DNA of 64,000 nucleotides from an uncultured delta proteobacterium (GTDB lineage Bacteria; Myxococcota_A; Polyangia; Polyangiales; Polyangiaceae): NCBI GenBank assembly GCA_963716725.1, contig CAVQUB010000005.1, positions 128,001 to 192,000 of the forward strand, read 5' to 3'. Shown piece by piece: positions 20,708 to 31,298 of this stretch (position 1 is its first letter; each line of letters starts with the position of its first letter). The notes under the pieces were generated by a model. It saw only the letters and a program-made list of their open reading frames with translations, ran no database searches and was not told where the DNA came from. The position numbers and the translations under genes were made by a program.

Positions 20708-22730
20708 CTACGACGTATAGCTAGTGTTCTCGAGCAGGATCACGTTCGTCCGACTGCGGGTCTCGCCGGCGCTCGTCACGTAGACGGCGGGCTTGTCGAC
20801 GATCGGGCAGACCTTCTCGCAGGCGCCGCAGCCGATGCACAGCGAAGGATCGACGTGCGGGCGTTGCACCTTGATGGTGGTCATCTTGGCGTGACCGCCG
20901 CCCTCCTCGTAGTGCGCCTCGCGCTTCGGGACCTCGACGTCTTCGGCCCAGATCGCCTTGGGTGAGGTCGGGCAGAACTCTTCGCAGACGATGCAGGGCG
21001 TGGCCATGGCCCAGGGCAGGCAGCGCCCTTGGTCGTACATGGCGGTCCCGATGCTGATGGGCTTCTGACCGATGCCCATCTTCTGCTTCTCGTCGATCTT
21101 CTGGATGGCGCCGGTCGGACAGACCTGGCCGCAGAGCACGCAGCTGAACTCGCAGTAGCCGATGCGCGGGATCAGGATCGGCGTCCACAGTCCCTCGAGC
21201 CCGGCCTCGAAGAACGCGGGGTGCAGCGCGTTGTTCGGGCAGACCTTCATGCACTCGGCGCAGCGGATGCAGCGCTCGAGGAAGTCGCGCTCGTCCACCG
21301 AACCCGGCGGACGGATCACCTTCTCGCTGTAGGCCCGGTCGGGCCAGTTGGCGATGCGCATCGCGGGGATGGCCACCGCGCCGGCGGCGGTCGAGGCCAG
21401 GATCGTGCGTCGCTGCAGGTCCGGCTTGACGAGCTCGCTCTTGCGGTTCGGCAGGAACTTGAACTTGATGACGTCTTCGGGGCAGGCGGCCTCGCAGTTG
21501 AAGCACATGAGGCACTCGTCTTGCTGGTGCTTGACGCCGCCTTGCGGGCTGTCGGCGCCTTGGCAGTGCACCAGGCACAGGTTGCAGTCGGTGCACTTCG
21601 AGTGGTCCTTCTCCATGCCGAAGATGGCGAAGCGCGAGAGCACGCCCAAGAACGAGCCGAGCGGGACACAGCGCCCGGCACCAGAAGCGCGGCATGATGC
21701 GGTTCATGAACAAGATCGCGACCAGCGCGAAGACGATGAACCAGGTCTGGTGGAAGTAGGCCTGGTTCGCGGTCCAGACGGTCTGGGCGAAGAAGTCCTG
21801 GGTCGCGTCGCTGGCCGTCTGCACGGCGCGCAGGTTGCTGTCGGCGGCGACGGTGGCGCCGCGGATGCCCAGGTATTGCAGCGCGGGCACGACTCCCAGG
21901 CCGATGGCACGGACCGCGATGCAGATGGGATCGAGCAGCCCACCGATGGCGCTGCCCGCCGCCGCCGCGCCGAGGAAGCCCCACATCAGGTAGAACTTGC
22001 CGCGCTGCCAGCCCTTGGTCTTGTTGGAGTCGACGCGCTTGCTGCCCTTGAGATAGCGACTCGGGAAGATCCAGCCGAAAAAGTGATGCAGGGTGCCGAA
22101 GGGGCAGATCCAACCGCAGAACACGCGACCGAAGAGCAGCGTCAGCGCGACGATCACCAGCGACCACGCCAGGCCGCGGTAGACGGAGTGGGTGGAGAGG
22201 AGCGTCATCGCGGCGACGAAGGGATCCGCCATCAGGAAGGCTTCGACTGGGAGCGGCATCCGGATCGCTTTGTCCGCGCCGGCGGCGAAGCTGCCGCGGA
22301 AGGCCGTCGCGAACAGGAACCAGAAGAAGACGCCGAGGAAGACGATCTGCGAGACGACCCGCGCCTTGGCGAGGAATCGAATCACGCCGCGGGCGGGGAT
22401 GCCCGAGCCCGGCAGCTTGCGCGGGCCGAAGCGGCGCTTCATCCAGCGCCGGAAGCGCGACGGGGGCGGGAGCTTCTTCGGAGCGGGCGGGGAGCCGGCG
22501 CTCGAGCCCCCGGCCGAGCCGTTGCCTGCGCTCGTGGCGGGCGTCGTCGAGTCCGTCGCCGCGCTGGCGTTCACCGCGGACGAGCAGCCACCGCCCTGGG
22601 AACCGCAACCACACTGCTTCGGTGCCGCCGGCGCGGGCACCGCATCGAGCGGCGCTACCTTCCCAGGAGCCCCCAGCCACGGGATCGGGCGGGGCAGATC
22701 GGGCGTTCCGGAGTGGGTGGGTGGGTGCAC
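20708..22730 (-). CDS. Membrane polyferredoxin (NapH/MauN-like fused to NapG/MauM-like); one apparent frameshift at ~21664
   Basis: FCGWICPFG, FWCRALCP|LGSFLG, several CxxCxxCxxxCP motifs, IRPPG; ends SAGETRSRTNVILLENTSYTS. Confidence 0.88.
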
Positions 22731-23702
22731 TCAGACCTCCACGCGAGGGACCGTCTCCCAGCTCGCAGTGCCGAGTCCTCGCTCCTCCCCCAGCGCGAGG
22801 TACTTCACGTTCGACGGCTTCTCGCCAATCAGCGTGGCGCCGTAGGCGTCGACCGCGACCTGATCGAGGCTGGCGATGACCTGGTGCATATCCTTGGCGT
22901 CGTCGATGTTGCCGCCCTGTGGACCGTTGCGCATCAGGACCCGCGTCGCGTCCAGGACGGTGAGGGTCGGTCGCATGAAGGTCGCGAGGTCGGCGATGGA
23001 CACGTCGATGTTCTGGTGCAGCCGGTTGCGCCGCCCGCCGAGCAGGCCGTACCAGTTCTTCATGGCGCCGGTGTACTTCGACAGGTTGTGGTGCTTCGCC
23101 ACCGGCACGTTGATGACCTTGTCGGCGTTCACCAGTGGTGTGTACACTGGCCAGAGGTCGAGCACGTCGCCTTTCATGCGGATGTCGCGGAAGCGATGGG
23201 CGGCCGGCAGGATCACCGTCGCACCCACCGCGTGCGCCGCGCGCCAGATCCCCGAGCGCTGGAAGCAGCGGTTCGGTTCGTTGCACGAAGCGTCGGTGAC
23301 AACGACCCGGGCCGCGCCCGCATCGAGCACCAGCTTGACCAGCTCGGCGACCACCAGCGGGTTGGTGTTGGCCGCGTGCACGGGCATGCGATCCCAGCCG
23401 ATGTTGGGCTTGATAGCCACCACGTCGCCCCGCGAAATGAAGCGATCCATTCCGCCCAGCGCCTCGACCGCCTTGCGGGTGAGCTCGGCGGCGTCCGTCG
23501 AGCTCTTGGCGATGGCCAGGATCGGCGCCGCGCTGCCGGCCGCCTTCGTCCGGAAGTCGCGGACCTGCCGCTCCGCGTCGAGGCGCGTCAGGTCGATCCC
23601 GCCCGGATCCCAGACCAGCTTGGCGGCCAATGCCGAGGCGCCGAGGGCGGCTCCCGCCGCCCCGACCCGCCCGAGGGCGTCGCGGCGCGAAATCGTCGAC
23701 AT
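22731..23702 (-). CDS. DUF362 family protein with Tat signal
   Basis: SRRDAL signal; VAIKPNIGW, ANTNP, INVPVAKHH, MKNWYG, DQVAVD. Confidence 0.88.
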   Translation of the reverse strand: MSTISRRDALGRVGAAGAALGASALAAKLVWDPGGIDLTRLDAERQVRDFRTKAAGSAAPILAIAKSSTDAAELTRKAVEALGGMDRFISRGDVVAIKPNIGWDRMPVHAANTNPLVVAELVKLVLDAGAARVVVTDASCNEPNRCFQRSGIWRAAHAVGATVILPAAHRFRDIRMKGDVLDLWPVYTPLVNADKVINVPVAKHHNLSKYTGAMKNWYGLLGGRRNRLHQNIDVSIADLATFMRPTLTVLDATRVLMRNGPQGGNIDDAKDMHQVIASLDQVAVDAYGATLIGEKPSNVKYLALGEERGLGTASWETVPRVEV

Positions 23703-23873
23703 GGCCTGGCTGATATGGGCCAAGGCTCACGTAACGTCAAATTTGGCGCCGCGGAAGATAACGTAACGTAATGACTTTTCTGATTTCAGGCCTTCCAGCT
23801 TGCTCGCCCCGGGAGCCCTCCCGTGCTGGAGCTTGAACGTCGGCGGCTCTGGCGCTAGGGTCCGCGCCCCGCC

Positions 23874-24077
23874 ATGAAAGCCGGCATCCACCCCGAGTAC
23901 AACGTCCTCTCCGTGACCTGCGCCTGCGGGAACACGTTCCAGACCCGATCGACCGCGAAGGAGATGGCCGTCGACGTCTGCGGCGCCTGCCACCCGTTTT
24001 ACACGGGCAAGCAGCGCCTGATGGACACCCAGGGCCGCGTCGATCGTTTCCGCAAGCGGTACGCGAAGACGGCGTGA
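23874..24077 (+). CDS. rpmE: 50S ribosomal protein L31
   Basis: MKAGIHPEY...CACGN...CHPFYTGKQ...GRVDRF. Confidence 0.97.
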   Translation: MKAGIHPEYNVLSVTCACGNTFQTRSTAKEMAVDVCGACHPFYTGKQRLMDTQGRVDRFRKRYAKTA

Positions 24078-24153
24078 GCCGGATCGCTCGAAGCTGGCTC
24101 GAAGCACGGGCCGACTTCTCCTTGCGTGACCCGACGCTATATTGACGGTCAGC

Positions 24154-25269
24154 ATGAACCAACCCCCGGTCGTCGGTCGCGACGGAGTCGCTCGTCCCTA
24201 CATCGGCGGGCAAGCCCTCATCGAAGGCGTGATGATGCGCTCGCCGCATTCTTACGCGGCGGTGGTGCGACGCCGCAACGGCGCGCTGATGGTGCGCGAA
24301 GAGACCATGGTCGACCCGCGCGTAGGCGCCAAGGGCTGGCCGCTGGTGCGTGGTGTCGTCACGCTGGTCGAGGCGTTGAAGCTCGGGAGCCGCTGCTTGC
24401 GGTTCAGCGCCGAGGTTTACGAAGAAGACATGGAGGCGGAGGAGAAGTCCAAGTCCAAGTCGGGGCCGAGCACGCTGGCCGCGCTGTCGCTCCCCATCAT
24501 CGCGCTCTTGACCTCCGAGCCCGACGGGCCGTCGCCTTCCGCGGGCAAAGAAGGCGGGGTCGGCAAGTCGCTCTTCACGTTGCTCACCATCGTCTTCGCC
24601 ATCGGGCTCTTCGTCGCGCTGCCGCAAGCCTTTGCCGAGGGCACGAGCCGCGTCTTCAGCTTGAACCTCGACGTTCGAGATCCTCGCTTCCAGCTGCTGA
24701 CGGGCGCGGCCAAGATGCTGATCGTCGTGAGCTACATGCTGGCGATCCGGCGCATGCCCGAGATCTACCGCGTGTTTCAGTACCATGGCGCCGAGCACAA
24801 GGCGATTCACGCCTACGAGGCCGGTGACGACTTGAGCGTCGCGAACGCTCGCAGCAAGACCACGCTGCACCCGCGCTGCGGCACGACCTTCTTGGTGATG
24901 GTGGCGATGGTGTCGATCGTGATCTTCAGCGCGCTCGGCCCGCTGCTGCCTCAGCTGGGCTTGGGCAGGATAGCGGACAACGTGCTCTTCTTCCTGATGA
25001 AGCTGCCCTTCTTGCCGATCATTGCGGCGATCACCTTCGAGATCCAGCGGGCGCTGGCTCGCTGGGGTCGGGGGCCGCTGAGGCTGCTGCTCTACCCGGG
25101 CTTCTGGGTCCAGAAGATCACGACCATCGAGCCGGACGACGCGCAGCTCGAGGTGGCGCTCGCGGCGCTCCGAAGCGCCTTGGTGCGGGAGCAAGTTGGC
25201 AAACAGGCGGACGGTGACTCGACTTTCGCCGGCTACGACGCGCTGAGCGAAGCGCGCCCGGCTGCCTGA
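24154..25269 (+). CDS. DUF1385 membrane protein
   Basis: GGQALIEGVMMR, YHGAEHK, HPRCGTTF; rpmE-prfA context. Confidence 0.92.
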   Translation: MNQPPVVGRDGVARPYIGGQALIEGVMMRSPHSYAAVVRRRNGALMVREETMVDPRVGAKGWPLVRGVVTLVEALKLGSRCLRFSAEVYEEDMEAEEKSKSKSGPSTLAALSLPIIALLTSEPDGPSPSAGKEGGVGKSLFTLLTIVFAIGLFVALPQAFAEGTSRVFSLNLDVRDPRFQLLTGAAKMLIVVSYMLAIRRMPEIYRVFQYHGAEHKAIHAYEAGDDLSVANARSKTTLHPRCGTTFLVMVAMVSIVIFSALGPLLPQLGLGRIADNVLFFLMKLPFLPIIAAITFEIQRALARWGRGPLRLLLYPGFWVQKITTIEPDDAQLEVALAALRSALVREQVGKQADGDSTFAGYDALSEARPAA

Positions 25270-25270
25270 C

Positions 25271-26341
<1,071 letters not shown>

Positions 26342-26431
26342 GCACGGGTCGGTCCGGCGCGCAGCGCAAAGTCGATACGCGCGCGGTGCATTGTCCTCGA
26401 CCTGGAGAGAGTTCGCGGCGAACATGGGCAG

Positions 26432-26872
26432 GTGAGCCAAGCGCTTCACGACGCCGACACTTCGAGCCGCCGCCCTGTGGATCTGGACGGGCTGTTCTGC
26501 GCGCTCGTGCTGGTGCCGCCGAGCTTCAGCCGAAACCGGTTCTTCCGCCTGTTCGAGGAACCGTCGGCGCATCGCGTACGCCGCCGCGCGGCTCGAGTGC
26601 GCGGAATCATCCGTCAGCTCTTGGGCAAAGGGCGCATGAAGAGCGAGATCACCGGTGAGGCGGTGCTCGACGACGGGCGGGTGCTGCTCAGGTTCCGCGT
26701 CGATGGAATGCGTTACGATCGCACCGCCGCGCTGAACCAGCTCGAGGCCGCTGCGCTGCGCTTCGCGCTTCATCGCGCTGGCGCGGGCGACATCGAGGAG
26801 GCGGATCGCGCCTTGGTCGAGCAGGCGCTGGCGCGACTGGGCGGGCCTGAGCTCTCGTCAGCGCAGAGCTGA
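26432..26872 (+). CDS. Hypothetical protein
   Basis: Coding-like ORF downstream of prfA. Confidence 0.65.
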   Translation: MSQALHDADTSSRRPVDLDGLFCALVLVPPSFSRNRFFRLFEEPSAHRVRRRAARVRGIIRQLLGKGRMKSEITGEAVLDDGRVLLRFRVDGMRYDRTAALNQLEAAALRFALHRAGAGDIEEADRALVEQALARLGGPELSSAQS

Positions 26873-28858
26873 GACGAGCCGCTCCCAGGCGGCGCTCTCG
26901 GCGCCGCTCAGCTCTGGGTTGCGCTCGCCGCCAAAGGGCAGTGCGCGAGCCGTCGGCGCGCCGAGCCGCTGGATGGCCAGCGTTGCGTGTTCAATCCCCG
27001 CGAGCCGGCCCTGGGCGCCAACCACCAGCGCCGCGAGATCCGGCCCCACCGCCCGCCGTGGCGAGGGTCGGACCAAGAGCCGTTGGCCAGCCCCGAGCAG
27101 CGCGGAAAACCCCGCGAGCGGCTGCCCGACCGGATCGCTCCAGGGATCCCGCGCTCCGGGCATGCCGGCGCCGATCCAGGCGTCGATGCGGGTCGAAGCG
27201 GAGACCTCGGACAGGCCCAGGCTGAAGCCGCGGGGCCGGAGCGACTCTTCTGCCATGCCGAGGGTGAGCTGCCCCGAGAAGGTCGCGAGCAGCGACTCTT
27301 CGTCGATGCTGCCCGGCAGGAAGGGCGGCTGCGCGTGGGTCTCCGGGATCGGCGTGTCTGCCCGCGGCGTGAGATTCCCGGGGTTCATCAGGCCGTCGGG
27401 ATCCCAAGCGCGCATCAGGCGGCGCACGACTTCGACGCCGTGACCCAGCTCTTCGCCCAAGCGCGGCGCCTTGCTGCGCCCGACGCCGTGATGGTGGCTG
27501 AGCGTGCCGCCGGCCTCGATGGCTGCGCCGAGCGCCGAGCGCCACGCAGCTTCGTACTTCTCGATGGCGCCCGCATCCGTGTCCGCGGATCCGGAGAACG
27601 TGAAGTAGATGCTGCACCCGTCGGGATAAGCGTGAGACAGGTGGGCCATCACCAGCACGTGTTCACCGAGTGCGGCACGCACGGCGTCGTAGAGCGTGCC
27701 CAGCTTCGACCAAGGCGCCGCGACCTCCATGGTGTCGCTGAAGGCCCCGAGGCGGAACACTGGCGCTTGGCGATAGCTCACGCTGTAGCGGTGCGCGAAC
27801 CACTTGCGCGCTGGCCCCTCGCCCAGCGCGCGCGCGCCGGCCTCCGCCGCGATCCGCGTCGCGCGCTCGCAGTCGGCGTGCGCTTCGTCCGAGCTGCCTT
27901 CGAAGACCAAGACCATGGTGGCGCCACCCAGGAGGTTGCCCTCGGCGGCTTGGATGACGGCGTTGAGCGCGCGCGGCACGCTGAGCAGACTCCGCGCCAG
28001 CGACGACAGCGAAGCGCTGGCGGTCTTGGGCCCGTGGCGCTTGCGTCCCGACTTCACGGATCCGCTCTTCATGATGGCGGAGTCGATGGGGTCGTAGAGC
28101 CGCGACACCGCCGGCCGCAGTCCGGCCTGGAACATTTGCCGCATGGCATCCCAGCCCGACTCGACATCGGGGTAGGAAAACGCCGCGTAGGCCCGGGCCA
28201 CCGGCGCCGGATGCAGGCGGAGCTTGGCCCGCGCGATGGTGCAGAGCGTGCCTTCGCTGCCCACCACCAGGGGCACCATGTTTGGGCCGTCGAAACGTCG
28301 CTTCAAGGTGACCACATCGCCGGTGCCCAGCACGCAGTCGACGCTCACCACCATGTCTTCGATCTTGCCGTACATGCCCGAGCACTGGCCCGCGCCCCGC
28401 GCCGCGACCCACCCGCCGACGGTCGAGCACAAGATGCTCGACGGGAAATGTCCGATGGTGAAGCCGGCGCGCTCCAGGTCTTCTTCGAGCGTGATGCCCA
28501 TGGCGCCGGCACCCACGTCGATCTGGGGCCCGCTCGGGTCGATGCTGAAGTCGCGGATCTTCTTCAGGTCGACGACGATGGTGCGCGCGCTCGGATCGAC
28601 AGCGCCGCAGACGCCGCTGCCGGCGCCGAAAGGCACGAGCGCGCAGCCTTCTTCATGAGCGAAGCGCGTGAGCGTCGCCAACTCGTCCGTCGAGGTCGGC
28701 CACACCACCGCGAGGGGCGGGCTCACCGCGGGGCGACCCGCTCGCACATCCAGCAAGCGCCGAGGCCAGAGGTCGCGCGAGTACGCGACTCGGTCCGGGT
28801 TCGATGTGCTGACCGTGACACCCGGGAGCGCGCGTTCGAGGGCACGGGCGACGTCCAC
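26858..28858 (-). CDS. FAD-binding oxidoreductase, alkyl-DHAP synthase-like
   Basis: PFGAGSGV, GHFPSS..STVGGW, GSEGTL, MAHLSHAYPDG, LSHHHGVG. Confidence 0.85.
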   Translation of the reverse strand: MDVARALERALPGVTVSTSNPDRVAYSRDLWPRRLLDVRAGRPAVSPPLAVVWPTSTDELATLTRFAHEEGCALVPFGAGSGVCGAVDPSARTIVVDLKKIRDFSIDPSGPQIDVGAGAMGITLEEDLERAGFTIGHFPSSILCSTVGGWVAARGAGQCSGMYGKIEDMVVSVDCVLGTGDVVTLKRRFDGPNMVPLVVGSEGTLCTIARAKLRLHPAPVARAYAAFSYPDVESGWDAMRQMFQAGLRPAVSRLYDPIDSAIMKSGSVKSGRKRHGPKTASASLSSLARSLLSVPRALNAVIQAAEGNLLGGATMVLVFEGSSDEAHADCERATRIAAEAGARALGEGPARKWFAHRYSVSYRQAPVFRLGAFSDTMEVAAPWSKLGTLYDAVRAALGEHVLVMAHLSHAYPDGCSIYFTFSGSADTDAGAIEKYEAAWRSALGAAIEAGGTLSHHHGVGRSKAPRLGEELGHGVEVVRRLMRAWDPDGLMNPGNLTPRADTPIPETHAQPPFLPGSIDEESLLATFSGQLTLGMAEESLRPRGFSLGLSEVSASTRIDAWIGAGMPGARDPWSDPVGQPLAGFSALLGAGQRLLVRPSPRRAVGPDLAALVVGAQGRLAGIEHATLAIQRLGAPTARALPFGGERNPELSGAESAAWERLVSALR

Positions 28859-28878
28859 AGGGCGCTTGTAACCCGCGC

Positions 28879-29301
28879 GTGGCAGGGCGTATACCTTGTG
28901 CCGTGTCGCAGAGAGCAGCCCTGACTAGCATCGCGCTCGCCTGCGCGTTGGCCATCGGCCCTGCTTGTGGTGGCGGCGGTGCCGGCGGGGCGCCGGCGAA
29001 GTCGGGCAAGGCAGCGGGCGCTCCCAGCGTTGGCAGCGAGGGCGAGGACGGACCGGGCGGCGACGACGGCGCGACGGGCAGCGTGTCTCGTTGCGCCGAC
29101 GGCACTTGCTTCGAGTGCGGCTCGGGCCTGTGCCCGAAGGGTTTTTATTGCGACGAAAAGGCCCCCGGCGGGCCGGCCTGCGGCTGGCTCCCGGAGTGCG
29201 CGGCGGTGGCGACCTGCGCTTGCGTCGAGCAGGTCCTGGGTGCGGACTGCTCCTGCACCGAGAAGGGCGTCGGCCCCAGCGTCAGCTGTCAGGGGCGCTG
29301 A
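28879..29301 (+). CDS. Cys-rich lipoprotein
   Basis: Hydrophobic leader, GPAC lipobox-like site, multiple Cys. Confidence 0.65.
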   Translation: MAGRIPCAVSQRAALTSIALACALAIGPACGGGGAGGAPAKSGKAAGAPSVGSEGEDGPGGDDGATGSVSRCADGTCFECGSGLCPKGFYCDEKAPGGPACGWLPECAAVATCACVEQVLGADCSCTEKGVGPSVSCQGR

Positions 29302-31298
29302 GCGAGAATCAAGATGCGCGGCGAGCTCGCGCCGAAGAACACCCCGGGCGTCGACGGGTGTCCGCTGGCTTCGGTCACGCGGAAGCCGGCATCGTGCAAG
29401 ATCTTGCCGAGCTCATGCAGCGAGTAGAGTCGAATGCTGTAGCTGCACTCCATCGTTCGCCCGTCGTCGAGGATCAGCGAGCGCTTCACCTTGAGGCGGC
29501 TGGTGATGAAGTCCACCGCCATGTCGTCCATGCACACGCAAGCGTCACCCTCGAACCAGGTCTGTGCTGGCTGGGTGGCGACCACGAAGTCACGGTTGGC
29601 GACGTCGAGTAGGAGCATGCCGCCGGGGCGGAGCGCACGGAAGAGGCGCTGGGCGACCGCCGCGTTCTTCTCTTCTTCGAAGTACCCGAAGCTCGTGTTC
29701 CAGCAGTAGATGCCGTCGAACATTTCCTCGAAGGCCATCTCCCGCATGTCGCCCTGCAGGAGATTCAACTTCTGGCCGGCTTCTTGCGCGACGTCGGCGG
29801 CCACGGCGAGCTGGTAGAGCGATAGGTCGTAGCCCACCACGCCGTAGCCGCGCTGCGCGAGTTCGATGGCGTGGTGCCCGTTGCCGCAGGCCAGGTCGAG
29901 CATCACGCCGCCCTTGGCCACGCCCAGGGACTCTTCGATGAAATCTGCTTCGGCCACGATTTGTTCCGGCTTGAGCTTGGCGTTCGCGCGCGCGAAGTCT
30001 TCGCCGAACAGCTCCTCCCACCAGGCCTTGCGCTGCTTGGTCCGCTGGGCCTCTTTCGCTTCGGCGACCGACGGAGGCTTGGGAGGATCGCGGCGTGGGG
30101 GCGGCGGCGGCGCCGGGCCCGCGGCCTCCTCCACCTCGACCGGGATCTCTGCCTCGCCCTCGCGGTCCTCGGGGATCGCGATGTCGTCCTCGGTGAGCTC
30201 CTCGGCGGCGGCCTGCTCATCGGCCGGGAACGAGATCTCGCTCTCGTCCAGGGCTTCGCCGCTCGGCGGGTCGGAGTCGTCAGCCGGGAACGAGATGTCG
30301 CCCTCGTCGAGGGAGGGCGGGGGCTCCGGCGTGCAGTCTTCGTCGCTCGACGCCGCCGGTGGCGGGGACGATGCCAACGGCGGCGTCGGTGCTGCCGGCG
30401 GCGACGCTGCTGCCGGTGCTGCCGGCGACGGGAGCACGCCTTCCGCGCGTGCCGGCGTCCCGACCGCCATCACGGCTCGAGCCTGGACGCCAATGACCCG
30501 CATCGGCTTGACCGTCGATAGCGCCGTCGCCACCTCCGTCGGGCCGTCGCCGCCGTCGAGTGGCGCCGGTGGTGGTGGATACGAAATCGCCGAGGGCTTG
30601 CCGGAGCTCGGCTCGGGCAGCGCGTTCCAGGGCTGGGTCGGCGGTTCGGATTCGTGCGTCGTCGGCGGTGGCGGCGGGCGCGACACCGGGCGCGGCGGCT
30701 GCGACACCGGGCGCGGCGGTTGCGACACCGGGCGCGGCGGCTGCGACACCGGGCGCGGCGGCTGCGACACCGGGCGCGGCGGGGTCGAGGCTGGCGGCGG
30801 CATCGGCAACACCGCGCCCGCGTCGTCCTGCATGCGAGTGGTTGGCTCGTCGAGATCCGACGCCGTCACGGCGGGATCGAGCCGCCGCGTGGTTCGTTCG
30901 AACTCCGACTCGTCGTCGATGCGGGTGGTGGGTTCATCCAGATCTGCAATCGATGGCGTCCGAGGTGGCTTCAGAGCGTTGCTCGTGGGGATGTCGTCTT
31001 CGTCAGTGCTCGGCGCGGGCATGCTCGCGCGAGCGATGGGCGTGGCCGGGTTGGTAGCCGTGCGCTTGCGCGGCGGCGGCACTGCTGGAACGACAGCGGC
31101 GGTGAACACCGCTTCCGGATCGCTGGGGTCATCGAAGTCGACGTCCACCTCCGACGGGAGTTCCGTCTCGGTCTTCGCCTCGGCGGAGGGCGGCGGCGGG
31201 ATTTCGGACGGCAGCTCCGGGATCGGCGCGACCTCGGGCTGCGACCCGATATCCGGGATGCTCGGCGGCGCCTCGTCGTCCAGCTGATCGTCGCTCAT
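29289..31298 (-). CDS. Class I SAM methyltransferase with long acidic/Pro-rich N-terminus
   Basis: MLDLACGNGHH, GDMR, SFGYF, LRPGGMLLLD. Confidence 0.88.
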   Translation of the reverse strand: MSDDQLDDEAPPSIPDIGSQPEVAPIPELPSEIPPPPSAEAKTETELPSEVDVDFDDPSDPEAVFTAAVVPAVPPPRKRTATNPATPIARASMPAPSTDEDDIPTSNALKPPRTPSIADLDEPTTRIDDESEFERTTRRLDPAVTASDLDEPTTRMQDDAGAVLPMPPPASTPPRPVSQPPRPVSQPPRPVSQPPRPVSQPPRPVSRPPPPPTTHESEPPTQPWNALPEPSSGKPSAISYPPPPAPLDGGDGPTEVATALSTVKPMRVIGVQARAVMAVGTPARAEGVLPSPAAPAAASPPAAPTPPLASSPPPAASSDEDCTPEPPPSLDEGDISFPADDSDPPSGEALDESEISFPADEQAAAEELTEDDIAIPEDREGEAEIPVEVEEAAGPAPPPPPRRDPPKPPSVAEAKEAQRTKQRKAWWEELFGEDFARANAKLKPEQIVAEADFIEESLGVAKGGVMLDLACGNGHHAIELAQRGYGVVGYDLSLYQLAVAADVAQEAGQKLNLLQGDMREMAFEEMFDGIYCWNTSFGYFEEEKNAAVAQRLFRALRPGGMLLLDVANRDFVVATQPAQTWFEGDACVCMDDMAVDFITSRLKVKRSLILDDGRTMECSYSIRLYSLHELGKILHDAGFRVTEASGHPSTPGVFFGASSPRILILAQRP
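30681..30780. repeat. 21-bp coding tandem repeat (about 5 copies, PPRPVSQ)
   Basis: cgacaccgggcgcggcggctg units. Confidence 0.9.

Noticed and set aside
8565..20774. CRISPR array or classical integron as the explanation for the repeats
   Set aside because: Spacing is in kilobases, there are no cas genes or intI, and the hairpins lack the RYYYAAC...GTTRRRY attC ends
21316..23771. Long overlapping ORFs (e.g. 804 and 807 aa here, 878 aa at 8610-11246, 818 aa at 53766-56222)
   Set aside because: Shadow or read-through frames typical of high-GC DNA; Arg/Pro/Ala-rich and overlapping well-supported genes
23729..23771. ACGTAACGT direct repeat between the divergent DUF362 and rpmE genes
   Set aside because: Only two 9-mers; could be a regulator site but cannot be supported without conservation data
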